This document shows, piece by piece, positions 11,684-22,719 of a DNA stretch of 48,123 nt (position 1 is the first letter of the stretch; every line of letters starts with the position of its first letter). The position numbers and the translations under genes are program-made. The notes under the pieces were generated by a model. The model was not told where the DNA came from, searched no databases, and worked only from the letters and a program-made list of their open reading frames with translations. The DNA comes from Octopus sinensis (taxonomy: Eukaryota): NCBI RefSeq assembly GCF_006345805.1, contig NW_021834476.1, positions 1-48,123 on the forward strand. Reading direction: 5' to 3'.

Positions 11684-14600
11684 CTACAGGATCATGCTCA
11701 AAATGGTTTCGTCACTAGTACACACCATCTTTGCAACATTCCCCCATCTTTTTTTGAATCTTTCGCGAGACAAAACTTTCCTCTCCATTCTCACCTTCCT
11801 TTTCAAGTGATACTTGAAAAAGTTGATGAGCGATTGGCCAGAGAGGTAAGTGTTTGTCTCTAATCCTTTCACTCGGGTCCACCACACACATTCTTTCACC
11901 ATGGCCACCAGTACGATGAAAACTGCCTTGCCTTCCCGGTTGAGGGAAGGGGGCGGAGCAATTCTCAACATAGACTCGGCCGATAGGCGGATTCGTCCCA
12001 CACGTGACAGCAGCCGTTCGGCATGAGCCCACAGGTCTGAAATGGTTGGACATTGCATGAGTGCGTGCAGAATGGTTTCATCACTCTGACCGCATCTCGG
12101 GCAAGTCGGTCCAGTGTGTCTGGAACCGTGTCTGTAGAGCTTATCCTGAACAGGTAATGCTTCTCGATAGCACTGCCAGGCCAGGGATCTTTGGTGATTG
12201 TTCATAGGTCCCGGCCCGAAAGTTGTCCTGAACAAGCGGGTCAGGTGTTCCTCGTCGACGCCCAGACTCTGCCCGAGTTCGTCGTCGCACCTCCCCTCCA
12301 CTAATCCTCTATAGAATGCCTTTGTTGTGATGGAGTCGCACAAGTTTGATCCCGGACGGCAGAGTTGCTTGAGAGCAACGCGACACTCGCGGTGCCATTC
12401 GCCTAGCCTCGGTCTCTGCTTGATCCATGACTAGTTTGTCCAAGGAGACGAGCTGCGGGAAAGCGCGCCGCACAAAAGGCGACCACACCTGTTCACCGTT
12501 GTCTATGAAGCGCCGGAGATGTCGCAGTCTCAGCGCATATCTGCGCATCATCAACCACGGCATGCCCAGCCCTCCATTTAGCGGGTGTTGACAGCAAATG
12601 GATCACCTAACCATCGGAACGTTTCCCTTCCACAAGAAGTGGAAGAGTATACGTTCAAGTTTGGTGATGGTAGGGTTGGGACAAGGCACGACGGTCAGAC
12701 GATACTCGATGACGGATGCGATGTACGCGTTCGCCACCTCCGCACGACCTTTTAGGGATAGCTTTCTCTCAGCCTATTTCTGGTTGAGAGTAGCCACCCT
12801 AGTCGTTATCTCGCCATTTGGAGGTCCGGACCGAGCCAGACCCCGAGCAATTTAACCGGTCCGTCCGTCCAGCGTCCCACGATGGAGACGCTGTTGGACG
12901 GCATGGGCCTGCTTCTCCAGGTGCCGAGCCGCAAGCCCACTGACTTTTCCCAGTTAATTTTTGCTCCCGTTACTGCTTCGTATTCTTTTAGTGTCTCGCC
13001 GACCAGCTCGATGTGCTCGTAGCTCGACACTATGACAGTGACGTCATCCGCGTAAGCAGACACGCTCCTCCCGCATCCCAGCTCTCGTGGGATGCCCCTC
13101 AGCATCGCCAGTTTCCGCAGTAGTGGCTCAAGAGTCAATACATACAGCAGCGATGAGAGAGGGCATCCCTGACGAACCGAACGCATGATGTTAAAAGGTC
13201 TGAATAGATGACCATTTAATCGAACTACTGAGCGGATACCGTTGTATAAGGCAGTGATCCAACCGCGGAAAACTGGACCGAAACCAGCCGCTTTAAGGAC
13301 AGCCTCCAAGTAGTGATGGTCTACCCTATCGAAGGCTTTTGATTGATCCAAATTGATCAGCGCCCCACCCATGCCAAGATTCTTAACTACCCTGTCTATG
13401 ATGTAGCGCATCAGATGGAGGTTGTCATGAATACTTCTACCCGGCACGGCGCATGTTTGCGCCTTGTCGATTAGTTTCTTGATGACAAGCGCCAACCTCT
13501 CGGCTAACACCTTGGCCAAAATTTTCAAATCTGCGTTGAGCAGAGTGATGGGCCTGAAATTATCTATGACATCCCCCTTGTTTGGGTCTTTCTTAATCAG
13601 TGCCACTGCTCCTCGCTTTACAAAAGCAGGAATACTCCCGTTTTGCTGCCAGTTGCAGTAGACAGCTGCCAAGACGCCTCCAAACAAGTCTGGCATATGA
13701 AAATAAAGTTCGTAGGGCAGACCATCCAAGCCTGGTGACTTGTCTCTCGCGCATCTTACCATCGCATCCTGTACGTCCGCAGCTGTGATAGGCCTTTCAC
13801 AAGACTCCACCTCTCTTGCTGAGAGTCGTGGCAAGGCATGCAGGTAGGCACTAAAGTCCACTCTGCGTTCTGACCCACCACTTGTCCCAAACAGTTGGGT
13901 GAAGTGTTGTTGAAAAGCCCCACACATCCTTTTAGGGTCGAGCAATTCGCGCCCCTGTTCATCTATAAGAGACTTGATGGTGGCTCTGTTGCCTTGTTGC
14001 GTCTCCACCACTCAGGCCTCTTGGGCGGCTCCAACTCCTTCATTCCTCAGAGCACGCATTCTAGCTCTGACAACGCATCCCTCGTGTGTTGGCGTTGAGG
14101 TGTTGGTCGAGGGCCAATCTCGCCGCCAGCACGTTGGACGCGATGCCAGTTCTAAGTGCCTCTTCTAAAACCTTAACTAATTCTCCCTCTATTCTATTTC
14201 GGTCTAATGCTAGGGCTCTACTGTATCTGACTGATTCTGCTTTAATTGCTTTTTTTAGGGCATACCACCATCTGTTGTTGATGATGGTACCCGTCAAAGC
14301 TCTCTTAACTAATGTGCTGATCCGGTCCCTGTAAACCTGTCGTGCTGTAAAAGACACGTTCAGTTTCCAGTAACCAGGACCCTGCCTATGTGTCTTATCT
14401 AAGTCAAGTGTACAAGTCACAAACTTGTGATCTGTGTAACTGACTATATGAAATTGTGGACAACCTACACTATTTTTATCTATTGTCCTACAGAATACTC
14501 TATCTAAGTATGATCTGGACGACCCGATGCGGTTACTCCATGTCCACATTGGCACATTCGGGTGGTCCAGTCGGTACCTGTCAGACAGTTGGAAACGTCT

Positions 14601-15107
14601 GAGCAGGTCTTTGAGGCATTTGCATCCCCTTCTATTGCTATCTCTGCCCACGTAGTCTAGATGCGTGTCCAGGGTGGCATTCCAATCCCCCACTAAAAGT
14701 AAAGGACGAGACGTTCCCATGAAAGACTCTAGACGTCGAAAGAAATCTGGTCGGCCTGTTAAGGACGGAGCATAAACTGCTATCAGTCAAAAAGCACACT
14801 CATTGCTGCCATCGACATCCAAAACGACCAGCCTACCCTCCGGGTCTAGGAAATTTGCTCTTACTTTGAGATCCAGGCTCTTCCGGATAAGCATCGCGGT
14901 GCCACCTCCGCCCATTCTCGGTAGACACGGAGAAAAATAAATGTTGAAATGTGTACCGAAAATGTGCTGGAGTGCCCGCAAGCTGTGGAGTCTGGTCTCA
15001 CTGATGGCTATGATATTCAGATTTAGTGACTTGATGTCATTTAACAGGTAGCCTTGTTTCCAAGGCGACCCCAAGCCACGTACATTTATACTGCCTATTC
15101 TGAGCAT
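11684..15107 (-). pseudogene. Tx1 ORF2 (AP endonuclease, RT, C-terminal zinc finger); about 3 frameshifts and 3 TGA stops
   Basis: Motifs SINVRGL, ISETRL, GDWN, YLDRVF, TDHK; KSPGLDG, DQSKAFD, QGCPLS, YADD; CPRCGQSDETILHALMQC. Confidence 0.92.
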
Positions 15108-15173
15108 GTTCCGATAAAATTGTGTTTTACACACGAAAAGAAAGTGCAAAAAAGGAAAGAGAGAGAGAAAAGG

Positions 15174-17263
15174 TTACTTGTTGTTCGAAAGTCCTTTGTC
15201 TTTCACCTCACGGTCTTCTTCTATGAGGCTTTTGTACAGTTTTTTTGATGAATACTTTTGAAATCTCCCTACTGCATCAGGGTAAAGAGATTTCAGGGTG
15301 CTGTATGTGTTCTGTGTTACGTGTATTATTTTAATGTGTTGTGGTGGTGTTGTGCGTGGGTGGTTACTTGTTTTTATGTCGTTTTCAGTTATGTTGGTGT
15401 TTGACCTAATGTGTTCCATTAAGTCGTGGTTGTTTGTATTTATGGCTGTCAACATTGTTGGGGGGTTTGATGATGGTGTGTTTGTGTTGATGTGTTTGTT
15501 TTCTGTGGATGTTTTTGTTTCGGGAGTGGTGTATCTTCCTGCTTTGTTTGTTATCTTTTCTTTTCTTTTTTTTCCCCTTTTTTTTCTCCCCCCTGTGGCT
15601 ATTTGCCAATCTTCTGTGTCTTCTTCGTCTAATGACAAATCAGAAGAATCAGAGCTTGGAAGAGGGAAAATATTGGGGTCTATTGTAGACTGTGTTGATT
15701 TTGTTCTTGGTGTTGGTTGGTGAGCGTTTGGTTGTGGTGTATGCGGTTTTGGAGGTGGGATGTGGGTATTTTGTGTTTGAGTGATTGTAGGTATTGTTGT
15801 GTTGTTCGGGGTCTCAATTTTGTGGGGATTTGGACTAGTAATTGTTTCTTCATTTTCGCTGAGTGTCTTTTTGGCAGATGTCCTTGGTTTGGGAGTTGGT
15901 TTATTCTTGGTTGTTGTTGTTGGTGATGTTGCTTCTGTTCCTGGTGCAGTTGGTGTGGTTGTTTGGTTGGTGAGGTTTGTTTTTTGTTGGTTTTCTGTGA
16001 TTAGTCCTGTTCGTGCAAAACGTGGTGTGGGTAGTAAACCTGGTTTATTTGTTTTTTCCGGCTGCTGTTGTTGTTGTTGTTGTTTTCTTGTGGCAGATTT
16101 GCAGTCTTTTTTTAGGTGTTGCTCACTGCCGCAAATGTAGCAACGTGGTCTTCTGCCATCGACGACCACATACAACTTGTGGTCTTCTGATACACATATC
16201 TGGGTGGGTATTTTTTTTATGTCTTCTTGATTTATATGTAGTAGAAATTCTACTTTTTTTCCCACCCAGTTTTTGTGCTCCGTGACCGTGGTTTCTAAAA
16301 TAGTGAAATTTTTCATTTTTACATATAAGGCCTTTACTAGCCATAGATTATTAGCTATTTTTGGGACATTGTTTAAAGTGATCTTAGTCACTTTCTGTCC
16401 CCGATAACTTGGTGTTAATGTAAGTTCATCTGAATGAAGAGTTAGCGTTGAGAAACGTCTTGCTAACTCTTCAGTGTGGAAAACTACTTGTATGTGTGCG
16501 AACTTGTTCCACCAGGTCACATAGTCTTTGTAGTTCCAGATGGGTTTCAAGCATTTTTCTATTTTGCTTGTGTTAGCCTTCTCTGGGCTTTTTGTTTTCT
16601 TATTAATTATTTTATAAATAATTGTTCTTTTTTTTCATCTTCTAATATTTCTTCTGGTATGTTTATTTTTACTACACCATCTATTTCTGTTATTGTAATG
16701 TTCGTGTCTTTTATTTGTTGAGCAGTAAAATATACTGTTGTCTTTTTTTCTTTAATCGCCTCGGCGAAATTTGTTGTTGTTTTGTCATTGTTGTTGCTGG
16801 TGGTGATGTTGTTGTTGGCTGCAGTTGGTAAAATTGGTGTGTTTGGTTTGATTGTGCAAGTAGGAAGGGGTGGAAAATTATTTTCATAATTTAACCCTGT
16901 ATTCGAGCAGCTTTTGTCAATTTGTTTGGTGGTTACAGTCTTTTGTTTATTCACTTCAGTTCTTGTTGTTGGAGTAAAACAGGTCTGAACGGAATTGTTG
17001 TTGTTGTTATTGTTGTTTTTGTTGTTGGTGGTGGTGTCAGTGGCAGAAGAGACAGCCGTGGCAGCAGATGTCGAAATGGTGGTGCAATTTTTATTTTTGT
17101 TGTCATTGTTATTGTTGTTGTTGTTGGTAGTTGAGGTAGTGAATGAGGTGGTGGTGGTGGTGGTGGTGAAGGCGGTGGTGGTAACAGTAGTAGTCTCTAT
17201 GTTGTTCTTGCTAGTGGCGGTGTTGGTGACAGGGCTGTTACTACAAGTAGTTGTAGCGTTCAT
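15174..17263 (-). pseudogene. Tx1 ORF1 (gag-like, ~696 aa if one A is restored in the A8 run at 16628-16635)
   Basis: ORFs 16607-17263 and 15174-16550 are joined by a single 1-nt frameshift; zinc knuckle CYICGSEQHLKKDC; Asn/Thr/Gln low-complexity ends. Confidence 0.8.
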
Positions 17264-17596
17264 TGCAAAGTCATTGATGATTTTACTTTGCGCGCATAAA
17301 TTCTTTTTTTCTCCTAGCGTTTCCAGTCTAGGAGAAAGCTGGTCGATAAAGGAACGCGACCATCATTCTACAATACAATTTCTTGACATTTTGAAAATGT
17401 CGAGAAAGAAATTACAAAAATTTAATAGGGTTGAAACTGCCCCTAGGGGCGAATTCCTCCCTTGGAAAAGCACTCAAACGAAAGTTGGGTGCCTTACACA
17501 ACTTATTTACAAAAATGTACACAAAAATTGGGCTATAAATAGTCAAAATAAACGATTACCTTCGGAGTCGAAGTGACAGCACGTCCATAGACAGAG

Positions 17597-17738
<142 letters not shown>

Positions 17739-18339
17739 ACTAATCAACCTTCATCACCACTACTATCTAGCATTAACACCAACACAGCCACCATTAACAT
17801 AAAAACCAGTGCAATTACTACTATTAACCCACCACCAACAACACCAACAAATGCATGAACAAGAAAAAGCAACTATCCAAAATACAAGACAATGATATGA
17901 GATAATGCAGTACTCTAGTGCATTTTAAAAGTTGAATGAAATATCTTTGACTTGAACCTAAACAACAATAATAGTACACAAGAACACTATGACCACCATC
18001 ATCACCAAAACCAATACAATTAAAACCATCATCACCAAAACCAATACAATTAAAACTCCCCAACATCACTACCAACTCACAGACTTTTGAATAATCAACT
18101 GGCAACAATAAAAGTATCAGCATAATAGTAATGTCTGTAGCTACATATGTTGTTTGTCAATACAACAGAGTGTATATGTATGTGTGTGAGTAAAGCATGG
18201 AGTTTTTATGGCTTAAGGCTTAAGTATGAGATGCAAGAGGCAAAATACCCATGACCTGGTAACCCGTCAGCTAACTGTAATCATACAGTACTTCCTTCCA
18301 TCTCACTTTTCACCCTTTCATTTTTCAGTCTCCATTTTT

Positions 18340-18472
18340 ACTTAGCGGTTCGGCAAAAGAGACCGATAGAATAAGTACTAGGCTTACAAAGTCCTGGGGT
18401 CGATTTGTTCGACTAAAGGCGGTGCTCCAGCATGGCCTCAGTCAAACGACTGAAACAAGTAAGAGAATAAGA
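18340..18472 (+). mobile_element. SINE 3' tail fragment (same family as 205-612)
   Basis: Near-identical to 475-610. Confidence 0.85.
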
Positions 18473-18592
18473 GAGAAAAAAAGACAATTTTTTGCTCTCA
18501 CACAATTCTTTACTTGTGCTATTTTTTTTTACAAAATATTTATCGTTGATAACTGCTGAACACAACCACTGATAGATCTATCTAAAGTTAAG

Positions 18593-19690
18593 ATGTCTGA
18601 AAAGAAACAATCAAGTGGGACTGAAGGTAATTGTGCATAAAAGAATTGTAAAAGGATTATGCTGCATATTAAACGTGGAGAAAAAATTATCCATACTGCT
18701 AAAACATAACATTAAAAACAATATATGATAACAGAGTGAAAATTAAATGCTCAAGAATCTACTCCATTAACTGCTCAAACATTATTTTATCACATAACTA
18801 ATGTGATGCTTGAAATGGAATGCCTTTTGTGTAAACCACAGATCACACTTGACATAATATGCAAAGTAATTCAATGCAAAGCCAAAAGTTTGCATGACAA
18901 TCTGCATAAAAGGGAAGGTGGAACTTCTAATGAAAACCCTTTCCTGACAAAATCTGGTTCGAAAGGTTCAAGAAGAGCTTAAAATTGTACAACATAAAAA
19001 TGGCTGGTGAAGCTGCCATTGTTGATATAGAGGCTGCTACTAATTATCCCAAGCATTGCTGAAGGAGGCAATATTAAAGAAACAATATAATGTACTTTTC
19101 TTGAAGTACATAAAAGCTAGAACTGTTATTTCTCATGAACAAAAATCAAAACCAAGGATTTACAAATTTAAAAATTGTAAAAGAATTTACAGCTTTAAAA
19201 ACTGCCTGATGCTCTTGTACCACTCCAAAATTTGAAGGCCTTTCAAGAACTTTGCAAAGTTTAATCTACCACTGAGTTGGCATTCAAACAAGGCATGAAT
19301 AACTAAGAACCTTTTCAAAGAGTGGTTTAGAAACATCTTTTGTTCAACTGTTGTCAGGTAAGTGCCAGACATAATATTTTCAATAAAACATTGCTCCTTT
19401 TAAACAATACACCAATTCACCCAATGTGCTTTCTGATAATGTGAGAACAGAATATATCCTCAGGAATACAACTTCCTTGCTCCAGCCAATGGAACAAAGT
19501 GTGATAGCTCACTTCCAGGCATACTATTTGAAAAGAACCTCCAAACAATTTATAAAGCAATCAACAGGGAAAATAAATTATGTGACTGAACTGCTAGTGC
19601 ACATTGTGCCTAGATTGGCTAATTCAGGAAAAAAATCATATCACATGTGGTGAAAAATGATTATCTGGTAGGGGCTTTTAAGGGTTCTTC
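18593..19690 (+). mobile_element. Tigger/pogo transposase fossil, N-terminal and DDE part
   Basis: Translated fragments WFERFKK, IKMAGEAAIVD, AWITKNLFKEWF, LLLLNNTPIHP, NTTSLLQPMEQSVIAHFQAYY, FKGF. Confidence 0.85.
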
Positions 19691-19719
19691 ATTTACTCTG
19701 TTTCTCCGCCCCCCCCTTC

Positions 19720-21968
19720 CTTTTGAGGGTTTGATTTGACTTGCATTTACATCACCCTGCAATGATTTTGTACTCTCTGCAAATTAATTTGAAAATCAAA
19801 ATTGAAATTCAGCACTTTGTTGTGCCCATTTTGTCCAACTGCCCAACTTGTGTTGAAGAATGAGATGTTCTTGCTGTTGAACTTGAACCACCTTTTGAAG
19901 GATGTCTATCAGTCAAATGTTCTTCTTGGTGACAAAACTATCATTGTACATTGCAAAACAGAGTGCTCAATAGTTGATTGAAAAATGGTCTCCCTGCTTC
20001 AAGTGGAGCATTCTATTATCTGTGTTATACATCATGAACTACTGTGAACAACATTGGAGTGAAATCTGAAGGTTATGATATTACCAAGGACTATGCTTCT
20101 TGCAATACAGCATAGGAGAAGCTGTCAGCTGGGGACATTGCCTAGACAAGGACAATGTCATGAGAACATCATCAAAGCTGATCTCTTTTGTTTTTCTGTT
20201 CTTCACTTTAAGCTGCAATCATTGGATTTTGCACAGAAAATTCTCTACCACCTTGTTGACGGTCAGAAGATCTGGAGTGAGACAGCAAACCTTAATGTGA
20301 TGTAATTTGTAGGTCAAGCCAAAAAAGAATGCGTTGATGCTATCCATTCCAGTACTGGAATCTTAATGGATTCACCATGTGCTTCAGTGGGGTGGGGAAC
20401 ACCAATACTGGTCCCCTGGCTGATCGGTTCTTCAGTCCAGTTCACCATGATATAATTTGTTCATTGATTCTCAATAAAGAAGATTAACAAAACTACTGGA
20501 TTTTTTTGTCATTGATGAACATCATGCTCACTGTTATGCAATCAGTTAATGCAACAAAGAAGGTGCAAGTTGATGTGTTGAAGTCACTGGGCATAGAGCT
20601 GATGATGCACATGAAGAAAGTGTTCTTCAATGAGAAGGGGCAGCCTTGGGTGATGATCATTCCATCTTTCCACCAAATATGTGCATAGCTGGCAGGTCTT
20701 TGAGTTAAATGGTGGTCAATCAATTGCTAAATGGAGTGAGAGTCCAGTGGAGAGTTGGAATAACATGAAAGGTCGTTTCCAAGTGGTCCTTCTGCAAGAT
20801 CTTGCCAGCTTTCAATCAAAGATAACATCCATGACATCTTCAGAAGAATGTCCATTATGTCACATCCAACAATTGCTTCAAAACAAGTTGTTCTGTCTGT
20901 GGTGAAGTTGGTCACACAGTTTGTTCTTCAAAACATAAGAAGGTGTCTGCTTTGACAGAAGAACAATCAAGAATCGAATCACTATATTACTAACTGGCCC
21001 ATATTACGCATATTTATTGTTTGGCATTGTTGTTTCAATATTTGCTGTGAATAATAAGTGATCGCTTTTCACAATCCAGTGCAAATTATTCTGATTTTCT
21101 TTGTGAATCATGGGGAGTAGATTCATTGTATTTCCCTTGCAGGAGTGGGTGGGGGTGGGGTTAGACTATGGTAAAGATTCAATCCAGGGATTCGTTGGGA
21201 ATATTTTCCTTTTGTTATCTCATGTTTTGGACCTTCTTCAATTTCGGTGAAACCAAAGCAAAATCCTCCAAGCCAGAATCTGACCTTCCTAAACAAATTT
21301 TTACCCCATAATAGAGGCTAAATGCCAAAAAAAAAAAGTACATTTAAGATTATTTCAAAACATTTATTGGGTTTTGAATCCATTTTATGTTTCCTGTTTT
21401 TATACTTGTTTAATCACTTTGGAGGTCGATAAGTACCAATTTTACCCAATTTTGGTTGGTTTTGATGTTTGGTACCCCTTTGAACTGATTTTTTTCCACA
21501 GTTCACATAAAATGTTGAGGATGTCAAATGTGGTAGCCCTTAATATGTCAAAATTTGTCATTTAAAAAAAAAATTATCAAGTTTGATGGGATTTTACCAA
21601 AAATTTGGATGTTTCTATCAAAGACTTATATTTTTCATGCATCTCCTATCTTCTCAAATTTCTCAAATTTATGTTGGCCTATGCTGTAGCTTGACTGAAA
21701 GACAATAAAAAATGCTTCTAAATAAGTTCAAACAGAGGTTAAAAATCTTTTTTGTAAAAGAAAATATGTTCAATCTTATTGATACTCAATTAAAAAAAAA
21801 ACATAAATTTCGTTAAATTGGCTCGACTTTAAAGAGCTATAAAAATTTAACCATACATTATTTTAAACTCAGGTATTTTGTTTTGTAATCTCCTGAGTTT
21901 AGAGAACCAGAAAATATGCATTTCAAACATCTGGGGGAAACTTCAAAAGATGATAAATTCCCACTCTG
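19720..21968 (+). mobile_element. Transib / RAG1-core-like transposon fossil, 5'-truncated; coding ~19850-20993, putative right TIR CCCACTCTG at ~21960
   Basis: Ordered fragments SIVD*KM, FYYLC, SVLHFKL, GNTNTGPLADRFF, PSFHQICA/HSW, SIAKWSESPVESWN, KDNIHDIFRRM..SHP, CSVCGEVGH. Confidence 0.75.
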
Positions 21969-21974
21969 GGCACA

Positions 21975-22340
21975 ATATGCAGTGTCTCACTGAGACTGTT
22001 TATCTAACAAAGAGTTGATGCTGTTAGAACAAGAACTGAGAATACAAATAAGAATATAGAAACTCTATCAACTTCACTTAAATTGACAGAAAGAATATTG
22101 TTAAACGGTTGGCATTTATAGACAAAGGTCTGCAAAGTTTTTGATGATAACACCCTTAATCATGAACATAACAAAAATTACAATGAACTCAGTTCCTACA
22201 CTGAGCTGTACAAAGAGATGATGCACTATAAACATCAAACAACTTTGGATAAGTGTTTCATATCTGAAGTAGAAGTTGATGACGATGATGATGAGACAGA
22301 AGACTGTGTTCCTCATCATCCCAGTAATGCTCATTCCACC
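21975..22340 (+). mobile_element. C-terminal continuation of the Tigger transposase
   Basis: Fragments SH..LSNKELMLLEQE and YTELYKEMMHYKHQTTLDKCF resemble the Tigger C-terminus. Confidence 0.65.
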
Positions 22341-22719
22341 ACTACCCCTCCCACAGTAGTCAACATCTTTTGTGGTAAGAACACACCCTGTTACAATATT
22401 ACGATTCTTATTTATTCCTTTATGTATTTGTTTTCAAATGTTCTTATGCATACATGATGTACTGTGTATGTTTAAAAATTATTAAGTTCATTCATAAAAG
22501 TGGTCATCTAGGTCCCCAACCCCACTGCCCCACAAAAAAATTGTTAGAACACATCTCACTTTATAACATGAAAATCAATGGGAAAAGTAATTTTAGATAT
22601 TTAGGAACAAGTTACTTCTATAAAATGAGGAATAGCTGTAGTTTCAGAGTTCATAATCATGAACATAAGTGGAGCCTTTTGGTAACACATCTATTGTAAT
22701 GAAAATCTTCATTTAATTT

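Larger units (their letters stand above)
11384..17590 (-). mobile_element. Full-length L1/Tx1-clade non-LTR retrotransposon (inactivated)
   Basis: 5' UTR, ORF1 with CCHC knuckle, ORF2 with APE, RT and zf-RVT, 3' UTR with AATAAA just before (TCTA)n. Confidence 0.92.

Noticed and set aside
15298-17576. Hydrophobic + strand ORFs resembling membrane proteins
   Set aside because: Antisense shadows of the Thr/Asn-rich Tx1 ORF1.
17995-18056. Perfect 30-bp tandem duplication; also a diverged ~140-bp tandem pair at 7340-7600
   Set aside because: Ordinary slippage or local duplications in low-complexity DNA.
20993-21960. Possible RAG2-like gene convergent with the RAG1-like fossil
   Set aside because: AT-rich, no long ORF or kelch-like motif seen, and too short.
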